Below are positions 59,782 through 64,000 of a stretch of 64,000 nucleotides of DNA, piece after piece. Position 1 is the stretch's first letter; each line of letters begins with the position of its first letter. The position numbers were made by a program, and so were the translations under genes. This DNA comes from an uncultured Arcobacter sp. Lineage in GTDB: Bacteria; Campylobacterota; Campylobacteria; Campylobacterales; Arcobacteraceae. The notes under the pieces are model-generated. The model was not told the DNA's origin, ran no database searches, and worked only from the letters and a program-made list of their open reading frames with translations. The stretch covers positions 672,001 through 736,000 of the forward strand of contig OZ223300.1 in the NCBI GenBank assembly GCA_965140705.1, in the 5' to 3' direction.

Positions 59782-60917
59782 TATTTGATATTGCAATTAT
59801 AGGTGCAGGTGCTAGTGGATTGATGTTTGCAACACACTTAAAAAATGATAATGTTTGTTTAATAGATAGCAATGCAAAAGTTGGTGCGAAAATAAAAGTA
59901 TCAGGTGGTGCAAAGTGCAACATTACAAATAATAAGGTAAGTGCTAATAATTACTTAGGCGAAAATAATTTTGTTACTTTAGTTTTAAAAGAGTTTTCAA
60001 ATGAGGATTTAATAAGATTTTTAAAAAAGCAAAATTTAGATTTCAAACTCAATGAAAAGATTGTAAAAGGAACTTTTTTTTGCAACACTTCCCAAGATGT
60101 TATTGATATGTTTTTAAAACTTATAAAGAATAAAAGAGTTTTTTTAAATACAACAGTACTAGATGTAGAGTATGAAAACTTCTATAAAATAAAAACAAAC
60201 AATAAAACAATAGAAGCAAAAAAACTAGTAATAGCAAGTGGAGGTTTGAGTTATCAAAGCTTAGGAGCTAGTTCTATAGCCTTTGATATCGCAAAATCTT
60301 TTAATCATAAAGTAACTCCTTTAAATCCTGCCCTTGTGGGTTTCACTGTTCAAAAAGACCAATTTTGGTTTAAAGAATTAAGTGGTATTTCTATGTTTGT
60401 AAAAGCAAGTGTTGAGAACAAAAGTTTTGAAGGAAATATTCTTTTTGCCCATAAAGGAATAACTGGACCTGTGATTTTAAATAGTTCTTTATATTGGAAA
60501 AAAGGAAAGATGAGTTTAGACTTCTTGCCAAATAAAACTTTTAAATCCTTTTTAAAAGGTAATAAAAATATCTCCTCAAGTTTTAATTTGCCCAAAAGAT
60601 TTATGCAAGAGTTTTTAAAATCAGTTCAAATAGATGATAAAGCAATTAGTAGCTTGACAAAAGATGAATTAAATAAATTAGAAGTTTTAAAAAACTATGA
60701 ATTCGCACCTGCTGGGAACTTTGGGTATACAAAAGCAGAAGTTACAAAAGGTGGAGTAGAAGTTGAGCAAATAGATGTAAAAACTATGGAAAGCAAAATC
60801 AAAAAAGATTTATACTTTATAGGTGAAGCTTTGGATGTAACAGGTGAACTTGGAGGATTTAATTTTCAGTTTGCTTTTTCTTCTGCTTATGTATGTGCAA
60901 AAGAGCTAAATAAATAG
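59781..60917 (+). CDS. HI0933/BaiN-family flavoprotein oxidoreductase; probable ATA start
   Basis: The frame upstream of the listed TTG encodes FDIAIIGAGASG. Also KIKVSGGAKCNITN, ASGG, AEVTKGGV, GEALDVTGELGGFN. Confidence 0.88.
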   Translation: MFDIAIIGAGASGLMFATHLKNDNVCLIDSNAKVGAKIKVSGGAKCNITNNKVSANNYLGENNFVTLVLKEFSNEDLIRFLKKQNLDFKLNEKIVKGTFFCNTSQDVIDMFLKLIKNKRVFLNTTVLDVEYENFYKIKTNNKTIEAKKLVIASGGLSYQSLGASSIAFDIAKSFNHKVTPLNPALVGFTVQKDQFWFKELSGISMFVKASVENKSFEGNILFAHKGITGPVILNSSLYWKKGKMSLDFLPNKTFKSFLKGNKNISSSFNLPKRFMQEFLKSVQIDDKAISSLTKDELNKLEVLKNYEFAPAGNFGYTKAEVTKGGVEVEQIDVKTMESKIKKDLYFIGEALDVTGELGGFNFQFAFSSAYVCAKELNK

Positions 60918-60919
60918 AT

Positions 60920-61729
60920 TTATAAAGCTCTTTTTTTGTTTATTTTTAACATTAAACTTAGTATAAATAAAATCAAGGAAACTACTACAATAGTAGCACC
61001 ACTTGGTAAAGATATATAAAATGAGACAAAAAGCCCAACTACCACAGCTAAAACCGCAAAAGATACTGCTAATAAACAAGTTATAAAAAAACTTTTTTCA
61101 AATTGCATTGCAGAAATTACTGGCATTATCATTAAGGCACCTATTAATAGTACACCAATAATTTTTATGGATAATCCAACTGTAATTGCCACAAGTGAAA
61201 CTAACATATAATTTAAAAAACTTACATTTATTCCAGAGGCTTTTGCAACTTCTTCATCAAATGCCACAAAAAGTAGTTTTTGATAATTATTGATAATGAA
61301 AAGAGCAGATAAAACTCCAAATATACAAATTGTCCAAATATCTTCTTTTGAAACGGCAACAATTGAACCAAAAAGATAGCTAAATAAAGCTACATTAAAA
61401 GAGTTTGAAATTGAAACTATAATAATTGCAAGTGCAAGGGCTGAAGATAAAAATATTGATAAAATAGAATCAGAATATATATTATGGTTTTTTCTTAGGT
61501 ATTCTATAAAAAGTGAAGCTAAAAGAGCTATTATAATTGCACTAAATGTTGTTGAGACTGAAAATAAAAAACCAAGTGCAACACCAAGTAGGGAAATATG
61601 AGCTAAAGAATCAGATAACATAGAGTATCTTCTTACAACTACAAAAGTACCTAAAGTAGGTGCTAAAATTGCTATAAAAATACCTGCTACAAAAGCTCGT
61701 ATCATAAAAGCGTATTCAAAAATTTCCAT
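60920..61729 (-). CDS. znuB: Zn/Mn ABC transporter permease
   Basis: SDSLAHISLLG, YLFGSI, FDEEVAKASG, PSGATIV. Start reassigned to MEIFE at 61729. Confidence 0.88.
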   Translation of the reverse strand: MEIFEYAFMIRAFVAGIFIAILAPTLGTFVVVRRYSMLSDSLAHISLLGVALGFLFSVSTTFSAIIIALLASLFIEYLRKNHNIYSDSILSIFLSSALALAIIIVSISNSFNVALFSYLFGSIVAVSKEDIWTICIFGVLSALFIINNYQKLLFVAFDEEVAKASGINVSFLNYMLVSLVAITVGLSIKIIGVLLIGALMIMPVISAMQFEKSFFITCLLAVSFAVLAVVVGLFVSFYISLPSGATIVVVSLILFILSLMLKINKKRAL

Positions 61730-61737
61730 ATATTTCC

Positions 61738-62487
61738 TTAGTGATGATGACAAACAATATTAGTGTCAATGCCATATAATTTACTCATTTGTTTATTATT
61801 TATTATTTCATGTGGAGTATGGCATGATAGAAGAGTTTGGTTAATACATAAAACTCTTTTTATATCATTTACAATCACTCCTAAATCGTGTGTAACAAAA
61901 AGTATTGTGATATTATCTTCTTTATTTAATTTTTTTAATATTTCATAGAATTTTGCTTGGGAATTGGTATCTACACCTGTATTTGGTTCGTCAAGTATTA
62001 ATAGTTCTGGATTACTTATAAGCGCTCTAGCTATCATTACTCTTTGTCTTTGACCACCTGAGAGTTCAGAAATTCTTCTATTTTTCAAATCAGTAATTTC
62101 AATTTTTTCCATAATAGATTCAATTTTTTTATAATCATTTTTTGATATTTTTGAAAATAAAGAAGTTTTATAAGCCAATCCAAGATTAATCACCTCTTGT
62201 ACAGTAATAGGGAAACTATTGTCAATTAAAGTTGCTCGTTGTGGCACATATCCAATTTTATAATATTGTTTGAATAAAGATTGTTTGGTATTAAATAATT
62301 TAATATCTGCAACATTAGGACTTATTAGTCCTAATATTATTTTCATTAGGGTGCTTTTGCCACCACCATTAGGACCAATGATGGCAGCATATTCACCCCT
62401 TAATATTTCAAAAGATATATCTTGAAGAATATCTTTATATCTTAGATTTTTTATATCAATTATGATGTCAGAGAATTTTATTGACAA
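61738..62487 (-). CDS. znuC: Zn/Mn ABC transporter ATP-binding protein
   Basis: GPNGGGKS, GYVPQR, LSGGQRQR, ILDEP, VTHD; C-terminal CHHH. Confidence 0.9.
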   Translation of the reverse strand: MSIKFSDIIIDIKNLRYKDILQDISFEILRGEYAAIIGPNGGGKSTLMKIILGLISPNVADIKLFNTKQSLFKQYYKIGYVPQRATLIDNSFPITVQEVINLGLAYKTSLFSKISKNDYKKIESIMEKIEITDLKNRRISELSGGQRQRVMIARALISNPELLILDEPNTGVDTNSQAKFYEILKKLNKEDNITILFVTHDLGVIVNDIKRVLCINQTLLSCHTPHEIINNKQMSKLYGIDTNIVCHHH

Positions 62488-63347
62488 TTCATTGCATCCT
62501 TCAATTTAGCTAAGTTTTCTGTCATAATAGTAACAAAACCAACATTTTCTTCATTTTGTTTTTCTGTTATATTTTCAACAGGGCTTAGTTCATCTGTTTT
62601 AACATTTGCTTCATCAGCAATTGTTTTTGCGATTTTATCACTTGCAAACTCTTCAAAAAATACTGTATGAATATTTTCTTTTTTTACTATTTTAATAAGT
62701 TCGGCAATTTGTTTAGCTGATGGCTCTTCATCAGGTGACATACCAGAAATAGAGTATTGTGTTATTCCATAATCGTTTGCTAAATATCCAAAAGCATCGT
62801 GATTTACAATAACTTTTTTATTTTTGCAAGTTTTTAATGTCTGATATTTAGCTTGTAAAGCAGTTATTTCTTTAAGATAAGCATTTGAATTTTTTTCATA
62901 ACTTTTTTTATTTGCTGGGTCTTTTTTGATTAAAAGTGATTCAACATTTTTTATCATTTTGATATAGTTATCAAAACTTAACCAATAATGAGGATCATAA
63001 ACTTTACCATCTTCAAACTCTTTGTGGGCTACTAGTTTTACATGTTTGCTCATATCAAATGTTTTATCAGCTATTTCCATTGATTTTACTACTTTTGTAC
63101 TCCAAGGTTCCATAACTTTACCACTAGTTATAAATAAATCACTTTTTGATAAAAGTGCCATACTTTTTGGATTTGGTTCAAAGTCATGGGGCTCTGTTCC
63201 AAATGGAATTAAATTATTTAGAACAACATTTTTTCCACCAACTTCTTTAACTACACTATATAATGGATATATAGTTGTCGTAATTGTTAATTTAGCAAAC
63301 AAAACTGATGATGCTAATATACTTAATACTAAAATTTTCTTAAACAT
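62478..63347 (-). CDS. znuA: Zn ABC transporter substrate-binding protein
   Basis: EPHDFEP, DPHYWL, HDAFGY, EEPSAK, LSPVE (AdcA/ZnuA ligand set). Confidence 0.88.
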   Translation of the reverse strand: MFKKILVLSILASSVLFAKLTITTTIYPLYSVVKEVGGKNVVLNNLIPFGTEPHDFEPNPKSMALLSKSDLFITSGKVMEPWSTKVVKSMEIADKTFDMSKHVKLVAHKEFEDGKVYDPHYWLSFDNYIKMIKNVESLLIKKDPANKKSYEKNSNAYLKEITALQAKYQTLKTCKNKKVIVNHDAFGYLANDYGITQYSISGMSPDEEPSAKQIAELIKIVKKENIHTVFFEEFASDKIAKTIADEANVKTDELSPVENITEKQNEENVGFVTIMTENLAKLKDAMNCQ

Positions 63348-63361
63348 TATTTTCCTTTATG

Positions 63362-63428
63362 ATGCAACTGAGTTGCATTTGATTTTGGAATCATACATCC
63401 GAATTTCTTAAATGCAACTTAGTTGCAA
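63362..63428. promoter_or_regulatory. Two Zur-like palindromic operators flanking the znuA promoter
   Basis: ATGCAACTGAGTTGCAT (63362-63378) and ATGCAACTTAGTTGCAA (63412-63428); minus-strand TATGAT between them. Confidence 0.7.
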
Positions 63429-63507
63429 AAGAAAATTAAATTTTATTTTTAACCATTTATATTAGAATAATTAGATACTTTTATAAATATAATATTAAGG
63501 AATAAAG

Positions 63508-63666
63508 ATGTGTTTAGTAATCTCTTTAATATCTTTTGCAATTGCATATAATTTTTATGATCCGACAGATTTAATGCCAACAATTATAAGTTTTACAATT
63601 GGGATATTTTTTCTTTTGACTATGCTTCGAAATATAAAAAATGAAAGAAGTAAAAGAAAAAACTAA
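63508..63666 (+). CDS. 52-aa hypothetical two-TM protein
   Basis: Not in the ORF track. AAGGA RBS; MCLVISLISFAIAYNFY...IISFTIGIFFLLTMLRNIKNERSKRKN. Confidence 0.6.
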   Translation: MCLVISLISFAIAYNFYDPTDLMPTIISFTIGIFFLLTMLRNIKNERSKRKN

Positions 63667-63712
63667 CTCTTTTATTGATACAATCCAAATTAGATAAATT
63701 AAGGGAAATAAT

Positions 63713-64000
63713 TTGAAAATAGCATTTATTGGTGATATAGTTGGTAGACCTGGTAGAAAAATAATAGAGCAAAATTTAAAAAAATTAAGAGCAAAATATG
63801 AAATAGATTTTGTAATTGCAAATGGTGAAAATGCAAGTCATGGTTTTGGACTAACAGTTAAAAATGCCAATGAACTATTTAAAGTAGGAGTTGATTTAAT
63901 AACAGGAGGGAATCACTCTTTTGATAAAAAACAAGAGATGATAAATCTAGTAACAACTCAAAATGTACTTAGACCAGCAAACTTTCCTGAAGCAATGCCA
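63713..64000 (+). CDS. ymdB: YmdB-family metallophosphoesterase, 5' part; runs off the right edge
   Basis: TTG start; MKIAFIGDIVGRPGR...IANGENASHGFG...ITGGNHSFD...LRPANFP. Confidence 0.88.
   Translation, partial: MKIAFIGDIVGRPGRKIIEQNLKKLRAKYEIDFVIANGENASHGFGLTVKNANELFKVGVDLITGGNHSFDKKQEMINLVTTQNVLRPANFPEAMP

Noticed and set aside
968..63411. Many short antisense or nested ORFs in the track (e.g. 4231-4788, 18407-18847, 44266-44667, 63022-63411)
   Set aside because: They lie opposite or inside well-supported genes, lack recognisable motifs and are expected shadows of codon bias.

Overview
An AT-rich chromosomal segment from a Campylobacterota bacterium, most likely Arcobacteraceae. This is inferred from gene content and order (hsrA, peb4-fbaA, DUF2018-ispB-hemA-proS, lnt/yajC-secD-secF, leuS-lptE-folC-M23-bactofilin, mfd, DUF4492-cydAB). 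Most of the window is housekeeping, transport and signalling genes plus one tRNA-Leu(CAA). I see no CRISPR array, transposase, integrase, prophage or rRNA. The notable parts are: (1) a protocatechuate 4,5-cleavage operon, ligU-I-K-J-A-B-C, running off the left edge, with IclR-type palindromes at its promoter; (2) a module inserted between secF and DUF6394/leuS, made of two long nested hairpins, a Cys-rich/pentapeptide-repeat/membrane protein and a stand-alone paralogue of that protein's membrane domain (the best candidate for an undescribed system); (3) an SF2 helicase fused to an apparently inactive AEP primase-like domain; (4) an OlsF-like ornithine-lipid acyltransferase behind a Pho-box-like promoter; (5) a small membrane ORF after cydB, a probable ATA start codon and twin Zur-like boxes upstream of znuACB. 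All calls come from reading the sequence by eye; no searches were run.
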